Shown here: positions 20,241-29,810 of the stretch, piece by piece
How the letters are laid out: each line of letters starts with the position of its first letter
How positions within the stretch are numbered: position 1 is the first letter of the stretch
NCBI GenBank assembly: GCA_965226495.1
Contig: OZ245365.1
Location: 3,968,001-4,032,000, forward strand
Source: Candidatus Marinacidobacterales bacterium
Lineage (GTDB): Bacteria > Acidobacteriota > Vicinamibacteria > Marinacidobacterales > DATDRI01
Length of the DNA: 64,000 nucleotides
Reading direction: 5' to 3'
Program-made: the position numbers and the translations under genes
Notes under the pieces: generated by a model
Database searches by the model: none
What the model was told of the DNA's origin: nothing
What the model saw: the letters and a program-made list of their open reading frames with translations, nothing else

Positions 20241-21161
20241 ATGGCCGACAACGAACATCTCGATCTCGTTAAGCAGGGCGTCGCCGCCTGGAACGACTGG
20301 AGGAGAAGCAATCCCGATGTCGTCCCCGACCTGAGCGAAGCCAACTTGGTAAAGGCCGACCTTCGAGGCTCGGATCTGCGTCAAGTGAACCTCGAACGAG
20401 CGAACCTCACGCGAGCGGTCATGGAGGACGCAAATCTTCAAGGAGCGAAACTAGGGGCGGCGCGGCTTCTTGAAGCCAAGCTATCGCGGGCCAACTTGAG
20501 CGAGGCGGATCTCAGTCGAGCGGAGCTAATCGGCGCCAAGCTGATCGGCGCCAACCTGGTGAACGCGAATCTGCATCTCGCACAGGCGGCGGTGACGAAT
20601 CTAAAGGAAGCAAACTTGCGAAACGCAGACCTGAGCGAGGCCGATCTACGCGAGTCGGTCCTCCTCGCCGCCGACTTGAGAGGCGCCAACCTGCGGAAAA
20701 GCCTGCTCCTCGGTGCGCATCTTGAAGGAGCGAATCTGAAAGAGGCGCGTGGCCTCGAGCCGGCTCAGCTCGAAGGTGTCCACACCGACGAGAGCACCCA
20801 ACTGCCGGGGCCGAACGTCGGGCAACCCAACCAAGAAGAGATCGTAAGCGACGTTTATCGTTTTCTTCTGAGTCTCAAGAAGACGACCTCCGGCAAGAAC
20901 GCGGTTGAGGAACGATTCGTATTCGAGCTGCACGGAGCCCTGAAACGCCTCGAGGAGTTGGGGCGCGACGTCTCGGGTCTCGAGATTCCGGAGGGCGCCT
21001 TGTCACAAGGAATCGCTTCGTTTGATTACACCGCCGGTGGCGCCTTCGAAACCGATCCCTCCCGCCGAGTAGATGGCCCGCTTTTCCAAGAGAAACTCGA
21101 CCAGGTGCTCGGACTCTTCGAAACGGGTGGGGACGCGGACTCGGTTACTCTCAGGAAATGA
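20241..21161 (+). CDS. Pentapeptide repeat protein
   Basis: GVAAWNDWRR N-terminus followed by a long A(D/N)LxX array. Confidence 0.9.
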   Translation: MADNEHLDLVKQGVAAWNDWRRSNPDVVPDLSEANLVKADLRGSDLRQVNLERANLTRAVMEDANLQGAKLGAARLLEAKLSRANLSEADLSRAELIGAKLIGANLVNANLHLAQAAVTNLKEANLRNADLSEADLRESVLLAADLRGANLRKSLLLGAHLEGANLKEARGLEPAQLEGVHTDESTQLPGPNVGQPNQEEIVSDVYRFLLSLKKTTSGKNAVEERFVFELHGALKRLEELGRDVSGLEIPEGALSQGIASFDYTAGGAFETDPSRRVDGPLFQEKLDQVLGLFETGGDADSVTLRK

Positions 21162-21955
21162 ACCGCAGAAACACGAACGGCTCGCTTCGACGATGGGTAG
21201 AACCTAGCGAGATCCGCGCCGTCTTACTCGACGCGGGCAATACGCTGGTCTTCTTGGATTACGATGCCATCGCCGACGCAATCGAAGGTGGCGGGTTCTC
21301 GATCGACGGGGCGGCACTCGAAGTATCCGAGTATCGGGCGCGCCGGCGGGTGGACCAGAAGTACCTCCAGGGTGGTTTCAACGACGCCGACATGTGGCAG
21401 TGCTACTTCGATTGGCTAATGGAGGAAGCGGGTGTGCCATCCGGACCGCGCCCGGAGATCTTGGAGCGGCTTCGCCGACGCCACGCGGAATCCAACCTCT
21501 GGAGTCGCACCAAACCCGAAGTGCGCGAGGCGATGGCGAGGCTTGCGGACAGCGGTCGAATCGTCGCGGTCATCTCGAACTCCGACGGGTCCTGTCGGGA
21601 GTTGTTGCGTCGGCTGGATCTTCTTTCTTTTTGTCACGCGGTGTACGATTCGGCTGAGCTGGGGGTCGAAAAACCCGATGAACGTATCTTCGAGATCGCG
21701 CTGCGAGACCTCACGTTTGAACCGACTCAGGCTTTATACATGGGAGACTTAGAATCCGTCGACGTTCTCGGAGCGCGACGCGCAGGCATCCTGCCGGTGC
21801 TCGCGGATCCGCACCCCAGGGGAAACGAGGTGGACTTCCCCGTGCTCCACGGAGTTAGCGAGCTACCGGACGCCCTGGGAGTGGAGCCCTCAGCCCGCGC
21901 GCAGTTGCTCGCCAACGAAGCGCGACCGCCTGGGGGTGGGGCCCCAGGCGACTAA
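21158..21955 (+). CDS. HAD-superfamily hydrolase (IA)
   Basis: LLDAGNTL, ISNSD, EKPD, MGDLESVD. Confidence 0.88.
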   Translation: MNRRNTNGSLRRWVEPSEIRAVLLDAGNTLVFLDYDAIADAIEGGGFSIDGAALEVSEYRARRRVDQKYLQGGFNDADMWQCYFDWLMEEAGVPSGPRPEILERLRRRHAESNLWSRTKPEVREAMARLADSGRIVAVISNSDGSCRELLRRLDLLSFCHAVYDSAELGVEKPDERIFEIALRDLTFEPTQALYMGDLESVDVLGARRAGILPVLADPHPRGNEVDFPVLHGVSELPDALGVEPSARAQLLANEARPPGGGAPGD

Positions 21956-22185
21956 ACGATGCTGGACCCCACAGCGATAGACAGCCTTGAGCCCATGCGC
22001 AGTCGCGAAGTCGACGGAGCATGAGGTGTTGGGGGTGGGGCCCCAACACCACTAACGGGCCGCAGGCCCGTCGGCCGCGAGGAATTGCGAAAGTAAATTA
22101 CAGTGCGCAAGGGAATGCGGCCGGCTCTCAGGCGCGAGCGAGGAGCGAGCGCCAGGTGTTGGGGGTGGGGCCCCAACACCACTAA
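21927..22185. repeat. Cluster of GGGGGTGGGGCCCC palindromic extragenic repeats
   Basis: Identical 32-mers AGGTGTTGGGGGTGGGGCCCCAACACCACTAA at 22024-22055 and 22154-22185; variant at 21927-21955. Confidence 0.8.
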
Positions 22186-22199
22186 TGAAAGGAGCCTTC

Positions 22200-22790
22200 A
22201 TGCCACGAATCAAATGGATCACCGACGAGGAAGCCACCGGCGAGGCGGCCGAGGCCATCGAGGAGACCCGTCGCCGTTTCGGTGGACACCTCGGAGACGA
22301 GACCCGTTGCTTCAGCCTTCGTCCCGACTTGATGAAATTGACCACCGACCTGTTCGTCCAAGGGCATTTTCGCCCCGGTTTTCTGAACCGGCGACAGAAG
22401 GAGATGATTGCCACTTACGTGTCGGCGGTAAACCACTGTCAGTACTGACGGGACTCCCACGCACACTTCCTGCGGGCTCAGGGAGCAGATGAGAAAGTCG
22501 CCGCGGCCATCCAGAAAGGTGACCTCACGGCGGTTCGAGAATCGGGTCTCGATCCGAAAGAGGTCGCACTCGTCGAGTTGATCGACACCGTCACTCGTCA
22601 CGCGCACCAGGTCACCGATGACCAGGTGCAAGGCCTCCGCGATCACGGATGGAGTGACGAGCAAATCTTCGAGGGAGTGTGGGTAGCGGCGGCCTTCGCC
22701 TATATGACGCGCGTGGTCGACGCCTTCGGGATCAATTGGAAGCCCGAGATGCTCAACTCGAGCGCGATGGGGCCGAAACGCACGGACTGA
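22200..22790 (+). CDS. AhpD/CMD-like peroxidase-related selenoprotein (CxxU)
   Basis: KEMIATYVSAVNHCQY-TGA-RDSHAHFL continues in frame for 113 codons with AhpD C-terminal motifs (LRDHGWSDEQIFE); AAGGAG RBS; SECIS-like hairpin. Confidence 0.8.
22466..22485 (+). promoter_or_regulatory. Putative bacterial SECIS hairpin
   Basis: Stem CTTCCTG/CAGGGAG with loop CGGGCT starting 24 nt after the UGA. Confidence 0.55.
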
Positions 22791-22888
22791 TATCAGTAAT
22801 GCAAGAGGATTGGGGCGGCGGTGCCTACGCCGAGGTGCTCGACGACGGCGACATCGCTGTGGGTGACGAGGTCGGCTGGACGGAGTAA
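22790..22888 (+). pseudogene. C-terminal fragment resembling a MOSC domain
   Basis: WGGGAYAEVLDDGDIAVGDEV with no N-terminal part. Confidence 0.45.
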
Positions 22889-22900
22889 GCAAGTTCCAGC

Positions 22901-23371
22901 TTACTCATGAATCTGCTCCGCCAGGTATTTTTCCTTGCCGATCTCCTCGACGATGTGAAGCTGGCCCTCTAGCCAATCGACCGCTTCCTCTTCTCCCTTC
23001 AAGATCCCTTCAAGAATCTCTCGGGTACCGTTATCGGCCTTGTCGCGGCAAAGCGCAATCCCCCTGTTCAAGCGATCCACGGCGGCCTTTTCTAGAGCCA
23101 GATCGGCTCTATGCTGTTCGACGGGGTCCTCTCCCAGACTAATCGGGCCGAGACGCTGCATATTGGGCACACCGTCAAAGTAGAGGATCCGATCGATGAT
23201 GGCGTCGGCGTCTCTCATCTCTTCCATCGATTCTTCGCGTTTCTTCTTGGCCAACTTCTGGTATCCCCAGTTCTCGCACATCTTGGCGTGTGCGAAGTAC
23301 TGGTTGATCGCCGTGAGCTCTGCGGTCAGGACCTCGTTTAAAGCCTCGAGAACCTCTGGATCCCCCTGCAT
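22901..23371 (-). CDS. bfr: Bacterioferritin
   Basis: ELTAINQYF, EEMRDAD, ILYFDGVPNMQ, ferroxidase glutamates. Confidence 0.95.
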   Translation of the reverse strand: MQGDPEVLEALNEVLTAELTAINQYFAHAKMCENWGYQKLAKKKREESMEEMRDADAIIDRILYFDGVPNMQRLGPISLGEDPVEQHRADLALEKAAVDRLNRGIALCRDKADNGTREILEGILKGEEEAVDWLEGQLHIVEEIGKEKYLAEQIHE

Positions 23372-23525
23372 GTGCCTTCCTCCTCAGCTTTCTTCCCGCG
23401 CGCGGTGAGCTCGTGCGCGCATAGAGTCGCTATACTAGTCTCTACCCTGGGCGTAGAGCAAGAGAGCCTTCAGCGCGAGCGAAGCGAGTCGCGGAGCGAG
23501 AGCCGGAGCCGTCAGCCCAACGGTA

Positions 23526-23586
23526 GCTCGTGGGGGTGGGGTCCCCGCGAGCGTTGATGCAGTGATGTCGGTGGGGCCCCGCGGCC
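23526..23586. repeat. GGGGGTGGGG(T/C)CCC repeat copies between bfd and bfr
   Basis: GCTCGTGGGGGTGGGGTCCCCGCGAGC and GGTGGGGCCCCGCGG; same family as the 21.9-22.2 kb repeats. Confidence 0.6.
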
Positions 23587-23608
23587 GTGATGAAAATTCA
23601 GAGGCGGG

Positions 23609-23812
23609 CTAGCTCGCGTTGGCTAGTTTTCTCTGCGGTCGGCTTTCGATCTGTCGTTCCGACTCGAGTATCGAAACGAGATTCTCCTGGCACCCTCCAC
23701 AACAGGCACCCGCGGAGCAGCCTAGAGCTATTTCGTAGAGACTCGAGGCTCCCTCGCGCACCAAGTTCCTGACGGTGTGGTCGGTCACTCCCCGGCAGAC
23801 GCAGACGATCAC
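23609..23812 (-). CDS. bfd: Bacterioferritin-associated ferredoxin
   Basis: MIVCVCRGVTD..AGACCGGC; directly upstream of bfr. Confidence 0.88.
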   Translation of the reverse strand: MIVCVCRGVTDHTVRNLVREGASSLYEIALGCSAGACCGGCQENLVSILESERQIESRPQRKLANAS

Positions 23813-23867
23813 GAGCGTCGCGCCTCGGTCAATCTCCATGTCATGGGATAATTGTAGATCCACTGAA

Positions 23868-23886
23868 AGTGAAATTCAAGTTCATT
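23868..23886. promoter_or_regulatory. Fur-box-like palindrome upstream of bfd
   Basis: AGTGAAATT-C-AAGTTCATT 9-1-9 inverted repeat (7 of 9 positions match), AT-rich. Confidence 0.5.
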
Positions 23887-23952
23887 TTTATTTCAACACG
23901 AAAAATTTCGTAAGTCATTGATTATGTGAGACTTTTGATCTGGCCGTCGAGG

Positions 23953-24831
23953 CTAGGGGAGCCGTAAAGCGTCCAATTTCACTTGAAGGTGCTCGGCCGG
24001 GGAAAGGTCGTAGTTGAACCCGCTCAATGCCCCCTGCCAACCTCCATACTCGGGATTGGGTAGGACGAACCACTTGCTCCCCCAGTACTCGTCGTACTCT
24101 GCGACTACCGCGTCCCGCTCGGCGAGAGACCTTCTCGTACCGGAGACGAAATCGTTCAAGTCATCTCCGAATAGCAGTAAGACCCGGTAACGAGTAGCGA
24201 TATCCGTGCGCCGTGACGACTTGTCGGAGATGTCCCACTCTTCTTTCTCACCCCGGGTGTAAAGCGTGTCCTCGTCCACTTTCAGGGGAAAACCAAACTT
24301 CTCCAGGTTGTTTCGGGTCGCCTCCTCGACTTCGTGCCGGCGATTCGTGAGGTACATCACCGTCACCCCTCGTTGGGCGGCGTATTTCGTGAACTCGAGA
24401 GCGCCGGGGATAGGGGGAGCCTTCTCTTTACGACACCATTCCTGCCAGTGAGGCCTTCGGAACTTGATGTTGTCGATGATGAGTTGCGCCTGGAAGTCCG
24501 AGTTGTCCAGGACCGTCTCGTCAACGTCTAGGACGATGGCCGGGGGAAGCTCGGAGGCTCCCTCTCCCTGCTCGAGTGACGCGGTCCAGTCAGGATCTTC
24601 GAGCGCAGCGTCCAGCATCGGCTTGGCCTGCCGGTAGATCTGCGTCGACAAGGCTCGCCGCTCGGCAGCTGTCTGGGTCCAGAGAACGCTGTTGAGAAGG
24701 TCCCAAGAGTATGGCGCCTGGGATTCATTCCGAGGAGGTCGTACGGACAAGAAGTGACTCGCCAGAAAGAGTGCTACCCCGAGTATCAGGACGATGACCA
24801 GTGACCCCGTTGATGTTGTCGAATTCCTCAT
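23953..24831 (-). CDS. Class C acid phosphatase / 5'-nucleotidase e(P4) family
   Basis: VLDVDETVLDNS, YLTNR, FGDDLNDF, LPNPEYGGW. Confidence 0.92.
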   Translation of the reverse strand: MRNSTTSTGSLVIVLILGVALFLASHFLSVRPPRNESQAPYSWDLLNSVLWTQTAAERRALSTQIYRQAKPMLDAALEDPDWTASLEQGEGASELPPAIVLDVDETVLDNSDFQAQLIIDNIKFRRPHWQEWCRKEKAPPIPGALEFTKYAAQRGVTVMYLTNRRHEVEEATRNNLEKFGFPLKVDEDTLYTRGEKEEWDISDKSSRRTDIATRYRVLLLFGDDLNDFVSGTRRSLAERDAVVAEYDEYWGSKWFVLPNPEYGGWQGALSGFNYDLSPAEHLQVKLDALRLP

Positions 24832-25027
24832 ATTCCTACCTCGGCTCCTCGTAGGTTTTGGGCATTCAATATAAAAGTAAACATATCATAATATAAGTCT
24901 TTTTAATAGAACAGTTTACTGTTATAACTGTTGATTAACTGTTGTTTGTCTGTTATCATACCAGGTCAGGATAACATGAGGACCCGATCATGACGTTTCG
25001 AGCACCAAAGGAAGGGGAAGGCGAGTA

Positions 25028-26047
25028 TTGAGGCCCAGGCGTGCCCGCGGGACCGGTGGGCTGTTCCAACGTGGCCGCATTTGGTGGATCAGCTACTCGA
25101 TCGCCGGTAAGCAACATCAGGAATCTTCCCGATCTACGGTCAAGAAGGAAGCTAAGCGGCTCGTCCGCGATCGTCTCTGGGCTGTTGATCAAGGGAAGCT
25201 CGCGGGCGGGAAGCCGATCACGATCGCGCAACTTGAACCGATGATCGAGAACGACCGAGAAATGAACAACAAGATCAACCCTAAGCGGTTTGCTCCTGCC
25301 TTCAAACATGTGAAGCGCCTCCTAGGAGCCAAGACGAAGGCTAGAGATATTTCCCAGTCATCAATCGAGATGTATAAGAGCGTCCGCCTCGCGAAGGACG
25401 CCGCGAGGGCTACGATCAACGCGGAGTTAGCTTGGCTCCGTCGCGGCTTGAAACTCGCACACCGACACGGGCGGATCGCTACTGTTCCCGAGATCGTTCT
25501 GTTGTCGGGTACCATAACTCGAACAGGTTTTTTCACCGATGAGCAATTCGCGGAGGTACTCCGGAAGTTGCCGGCGAAGTACCGCGATCCCGTCGAGTTC
25601 CTCTTTCTAACCGGCTGGCGGCGAGGTGAAGCCCTCGCGCTCGAATGGCGCAACGTGGATCGGAAGGCAAAAGTTATCAGGATCGAGGAAACGAAAACTC
25701 GGGAACCCCGAACGATTCCCTATGGTACGTTCCCGGAGCTTGTCGATGTTGTCGAGCGCCGCTGGCAGGCAAGGCCGAGGGGGGCCATCGATCCGAAGGT
25801 TTTCGGATCGATCAAAGGGGATCCCCTCTTAGACGCTTTCAAAAAAGCGAGCCGTGAAGCTGGGTTTCCTGGGTGGATGATCCACGACTTGCGGCGGTCA
25901 GCGGCTCGGAGAATGTTACGAGCGGGTATCCCTCAGCCGGTCATTATGAAGATCTGCGGCTGGAAATCTGACGCTGTGTTCCGCCGCTACGCGATCGTTG
26001 ACGAGGCTTTGATCGCTGAGGGTTTAGCGAAGCTCAGCAAGTCTTGA
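25028..26047 (+). CDS. int: Tyrosine recombinase / integrase
   Basis: TGWRRGE (R), ETKT (K), HDLRRS (HxxR), CGWKS, RRYAI (Y); N-terminal arm-binding-like region. Confidence 0.93.
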   Translation: MRPRRARGTGGLFQRGRIWWISYSIAGKQHQESSRSTVKKEAKRLVRDRLWAVDQGKLAGGKPITIAQLEPMIENDREMNNKINPKRFAPAFKHVKRLLGAKTKARDISQSSIEMYKSVRLAKDAARATINAELAWLRRGLKLAHRHGRIATVPEIVLLSGTITRTGFFTDEQFAEVLRKLPAKYRDPVEFLFLTGWRRGEALALEWRNVDRKAKVIRIEETKTREPRTIPYGTFPELVDVVERRWQARPRGAIDPKVFGSIKGDPLLDAFKKASREAGFPGWMIHDLRRSAARRMLRAGIPQPVIMKICGWKSDAVFRRYAIVDEALIAEGLAKLSKS

Positions 26048-26108
26048 AAACTGGACTTCGGAGATCAAGCGGATCATCGAGGAGGAGCCGGCTAGGTCGT
26101 AGCGCTTC

Positions 26109-27782
26109 CTATTCAGGACTTGCTTGGTTGATCTTTTTGAAACGTAGATATGAAGGGGCATCCGATGATCGAAACAGGATGAAGCGAAGTTCAGGACCAT
26201 CCGGCGAGACGAAACCCAACCCGCTCCCTTTCTTGACCCATTCCTCGATCGTCTTCCCTTGCACAAAGTCCCATTTCGGTTCCAACTTCATGATGTCCAC
26301 CCTGACACCGCGGTTTTGTATCTCTCCTTCGAACTTCTCGACGTTGTCGGCACTGAGCGCGGAGACGAGCTTGCCGGTAAACTTCCACGTTGCAGTCATT
26401 CGACTACCAGACACGGTTACAGTGAGATGCCTTTTCTCATTGACTTTCCAATCTCCCGCAAATTGTGAGCCGCCCGCAGAAGCAACGAAATACGCCTGAG
26501 CAAACTCTGAGTTGAATCGTCGCTGTTCCCGTGCGCTCTCAAGAAACCCTTGCTCCTGACTCTTCTCGTCCTCTTGCTTCTTCGAAAGTGCCGCCAGGGC
26601 GCTACCCACGTTGGGATGAACGTCTTCCTTTGACATCGCCTTACTGAGGATGGCAGAAGCGTGGCCTAGAAAGCCGGCGTTCATATACTTGTAGGCCAAA
26701 TTCGCCATTGCCAGGGTCTCACCCAACTCAGCCGCCTTGTCATAGCTAGACACTGACAGGATATGCATATCCTGTTCTTGATACTGTACGCCAAGGTTGT
26801 TTAAGGATATAGCCGCATCGGGAGAAAAGTCGAGGAGTGTCTTGTAGTGCAACAAAGCCAGTCTACCTTGCTTTGCCTCGCCGAAGGAGTAGGCGGCGCT
26901 GAAGAGAATCCCTTTGTCATTGGGTTTTTGCTCCAGGGCTTTCTCCAGAGCCAGTGCCCTCAGTTCATGGTCACCATTCATCTGAAATAATTCCGCCAAT
27001 CCTTCGTACAGCTCACTCGACTCGTCCTTGGATAATTCATTCATAAGCAAGGAAAATGCCCTTTCCTTTTTTCCAGCTCGAAAAAGGGCCTTCGATGCAC
27101 TTGTGAGTCCTAAAATACGCCCTTTCTGGTCCGTAGCATGCTGAGCAGAAGTTTCGTATGCCTCGGCCGCTCTACTATAGTCACCCGAGAAGCTATAACA
27201 GGACCCCACTAGACTGTAGGCGTTCGACTTCGGGTTGTCGGCCGCCAACTTCTCAAGTTGGGCAAGAGACTCGGTATCCTGCTTGTGCTTGAAACGCAGA
27301 AAGAGATAGAAAGCCTCATCATTGATTCTCTCTTTGGTCTCGCGGTCCGAGTCCTTCATCCGCGCATATGCTTGCTCCGCCTTCTCGAAGTCCCGCGCTT
27401 CGAATGCAATGAACATGTTAAAAAGTAAGCGTGAAGGCTCATCCTCGGTAGTGGGCTTGGTGGTGGTAGGTGTGGGCTCCTCGGGTGGTGGGGGCGGCTC
27501 TCGCTCCTGTTCGGGACTCGCCGGAGGCTCCTCCGGTACGTCGCTCGGTGGCGGGCCTAACTCCACCTCATGTTCGCCGTGCTTGTACCGGAACTTCCGA
27601 CGAAGTAATTCTTTAAGTAGTGCTCGAATCTCCACCCGAAAATATATGAGGGCGCAACCAACGACGATTGTGAGTACAAGAAGCCAGAGTGAGCCAATCG
27701 CCTCAATGATCTCTTTGCCGCTCGCAGTGTCAGCGGTCGCGTCCTGGCTGAAAAGGAGCACGGCAATAGAGGGAAACATCAC
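26109..27782 (-). CDS. Membrane-anchored TPR protein (element cargo)
   Basis: N-terminal TM, Pro-rich linker, multiple TPR-like helices (SLNNLGVQY), beta-rich C-terminus. Confidence 0.75.
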   Translation of the reverse strand: MMFPSIAVLLFSQDATADTASGKEIIEAIGSLWLLVLTIVVGCALIYFRVEIRALLKELLRRKFRYKHGEHEVELGPPPSDVPEEPPASPEQEREPPPPPEEPTPTTTKPTTEDEPSRLLFNMFIAFEARDFEKAEQAYARMKDSDRETKERINDEAFYLFLRFKHKQDTESLAQLEKLAADNPKSNAYSLVGSCYSFSGDYSRAAEAYETSAQHATDQKGRILGLTSASKALFRAGKKERAFSLLMNELSKDESSELYEGLAELFQMNGDHELRALALEKALEQKPNDKGILFSAAYSFGEAKQGRLALLHYKTLLDFSPDAAISLNNLGVQYQEQDMHILSVSSYDKAAELGETLAMANLAYKYMNAGFLGHASAILSKAMSKEDVHPNVGSALAALSKKQEDEKSQEQGFLESAREQRRFNSEFAQAYFVASAGGSQFAGDWKVNEKRHLTVTVSGSRMTATWKFTGKLVSALSADNVEKFEGEIQNRGVRVDIMKLEPKWDFVQGKTIEEWVKKGSGLGFVSPDGPELRFILFRSSDAPSYLRFKKINQASPE

Positions 27783-28514
27783 TGCTCTTTTGGAAGGGCG
27801 GAAAGGGTCTCCGCGTCGCAGAGCGTCCTTGGTTTTGCCTTTCCCATCGTAAAGAGAAGTCCTTCGTTGCTTTGAAATGTAAAAGCTACCACGGAAAGCA
27901 GGAAAAGCGGGTCTGCCGGTGGCGGGCGAGCCCTCACTTGGCCCCCCCGCCCTGCCCGGCTTTGCAGCGTAAGACGCCCTCGGGAACTAGCCTTCGCGGA
28001 CCTTCAGGCTGTCCGGGCAGCTCCACGGCTAGGCATTCTCTAGATAGAGACGAAATTTCCACTGCTGAACCTCCCCTATAGCCGGATCGTGGCCTCGCGG
28101 CTCCCCGGCTTAACTCACTAGGATGAGGACGCTACGTCCCGGCTCAAACTACAGCCAGAAAGGCATCTAAAAGCCACTTGCTGTTCCAAGAGAACACCGT
28201 GAGCACCGCTGATCGGAGTGATCGAGAACACGCCAACCGATGTAAACGTGTAACGAGGGTTCGTCGGAGTAACAAGAGCGTTAACGGGTAATACCCCCAA
28301 GCGAAATTTTGTTTCGCTTGACCACTTGCTCCAGAAATCCGCATCGATCCCCGTTGCTGTTCCGACAAAATCTTGCCGAAGCGTTGCGGTGATCGGAGAC
28401 GAAATCAGACCAGGAAAAAACGTCTCGATGTTATCCGCTGTTAGCGAGTTCGGCTTTCGGAGACGAAATCAGTAACGTCTGTCAAAGCGTTAGTTCGGCT
28501 TTCGAGAGCGGGAG

Positions 28515-29765
28515 TTAAGCTGCTGATTCCTCCGACGTGCCTTGCGGGAGAAGCTCGTTGCGAAGCTCCTCGACTTTCCTAGCGGCGAAGACATCCATCC
28601 TCACGCCGCGCCATTTGTTTGCGACGGCCAAGAGCACAGCGAACGAGAGTTTCATCGCGGCCTCCTCGGTGAAGAAGTGAGGAATGACCTTTGTGCGACG
28701 TTTGTGCTCTCCGAACGTGCGCTCAAGTAGATTCGACGTGCGAAGCCTTTTGTGATGCGCCGCAGGAAGGCGTAGCGCCTGAAGACACGCTTCGAGGGTC
28801 TCTTCCATGCACTTCATCGCGCTCGGGAATCGTTGACGGTACCGAGCGATCACCTCCCGACCCTTCTTCAGCCCTTGCTCGTAGCTGTTCGCATGGAACG
28901 ACTCAAGGATGGCCGCCTTGAGTTCGTCGCGCACTTCCTTCGGAGCCTTGCCCAGGATGTTCTCGAGGCGGTGCTTCTGGCAACGTTGCTTGAGGCTTCG
29001 AGGGAAGACCTCTGCGATCGCTTTGAGCACTCCAGGATTCCCGTCCGTCACGATGAGCAACGGCTCCCTCATTCCTCGGGCCACCATCTCCTGCAAGAAC
29101 CCCTTCCAGTTCTCGTAGGATTCTCGGTTGCCGACACCGATATGAAGAAGAACTCGCGTCCCATCAGCGCGATAGCCGGTCGCAACGAGGATGGGCTCTT
29201 TCCTCTCCGCTCCTTGGTGGTAGCGCAGGTACGTGCCGTCGAGCTCGAGATACAACAGCTTCTCGTTCGAGAGATCCCGTTTTCGAAACGCCTCGAAATC
29301 CTCCGACAGACACCGTGTGACCCGGCTCACCACCGACTTCGAGACACCCGCGCCGCTCAGCACGTCCGCGAACGTCGCCTCAATGTCACGCGTCGACATC
29401 CCGTGGACGTACATCCGCGCGATCAGTTCATCGAGTTTCTCGGTCCGGCTCACGTAGGCGTCGAGAATCTTTGACTGAAACACCTTCTCTGTTTCTCGTA
29501 CCTGCGGCACTTGCACCGTTACCGCTCCCTCGCCCGTGAGGACCCGATGCGACTCATACCCGTTGCGTCGTCCCTTCTCCTTCGTCGTTGCCGGAGCGTT
29601 CTCATAGTAGTTTCGACCCAACGCCTCCGTCACCTCGCGCTCCAACGCATATTGAAGCATCATCTGAGCTCCCGACCGGACGATCTCCGAGAGATTCATC
29701 TCCCCAAATACCAGTTGTTCCTCGAACTGCTTGAGCAATCGCTGACTCGGTAGTACCTTTCCCAT
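28515..29765 (-). CDS. tnp: IS256 (Mutator) family transposase
   Basis: RRNGY, MYVHGMSTRDI, LELDGT, VTDGNPG, QRCQKH, RTSNLLER. Confidence 0.95.
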   Translation of the reverse strand: MGKVLPSQRLLKQFEEQLVFGEMNLSEIVRSGAQMMLQYALEREVTEALGRNYYENAPATTKEKGRRNGYESHRVLTGEGAVTVQVPQVRETEKVFQSKILDAYVSRTEKLDELIARMYVHGMSTRDIEATFADVLSGAGVSKSVVSRVTRCLSEDFEAFRKRDLSNEKLLYLELDGTYLRYHQGAERKEPILVATGYRADGTRVLLHIGVGNRESYENWKGFLQEMVARGMREPLLIVTDGNPGVLKAIAEVFPRSLKQRCQKHRLENILGKAPKEVRDELKAAILESFHANSYEQGLKKGREVIARYRQRFPSAMKCMEETLEACLQALRLPAAHHKRLRTSNLLERTFGEHKRRTKVIPHFFTEEAAMKLSFAVLLAVANKWRGVRMDVFAARKVEELRNELLPQGTSEESAA

Positions 29766-29810
29766 GATGTATGGTTCGCGTTTGAGCTTGGGGAACCATA
29801 CATCGTTTTT
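28515..29810 (-). mobile_element. IS256-family insertion sequence
   Basis: Transposase plus a 12-bp hairpin GATGTATGGTTC/GAACCATACATC next to its start; canonical terminal IRs not recognisable. Confidence 0.85.

Noticed and set aside
21927-22185. Mini CRISPR array (32-bp palindromic direct repeats)
   Set aside because: Only two identical copies, spacers of ~68 and ~98 bp, no cas genes, and the same motif recurs at 23.5 kb as a dispersed repeat.
24832-25027. tRNA or dif site as integration target
   Set aside because: No cloverleaf or T-loop motif at either end, and only weak resemblance to XerC/XerD arms.
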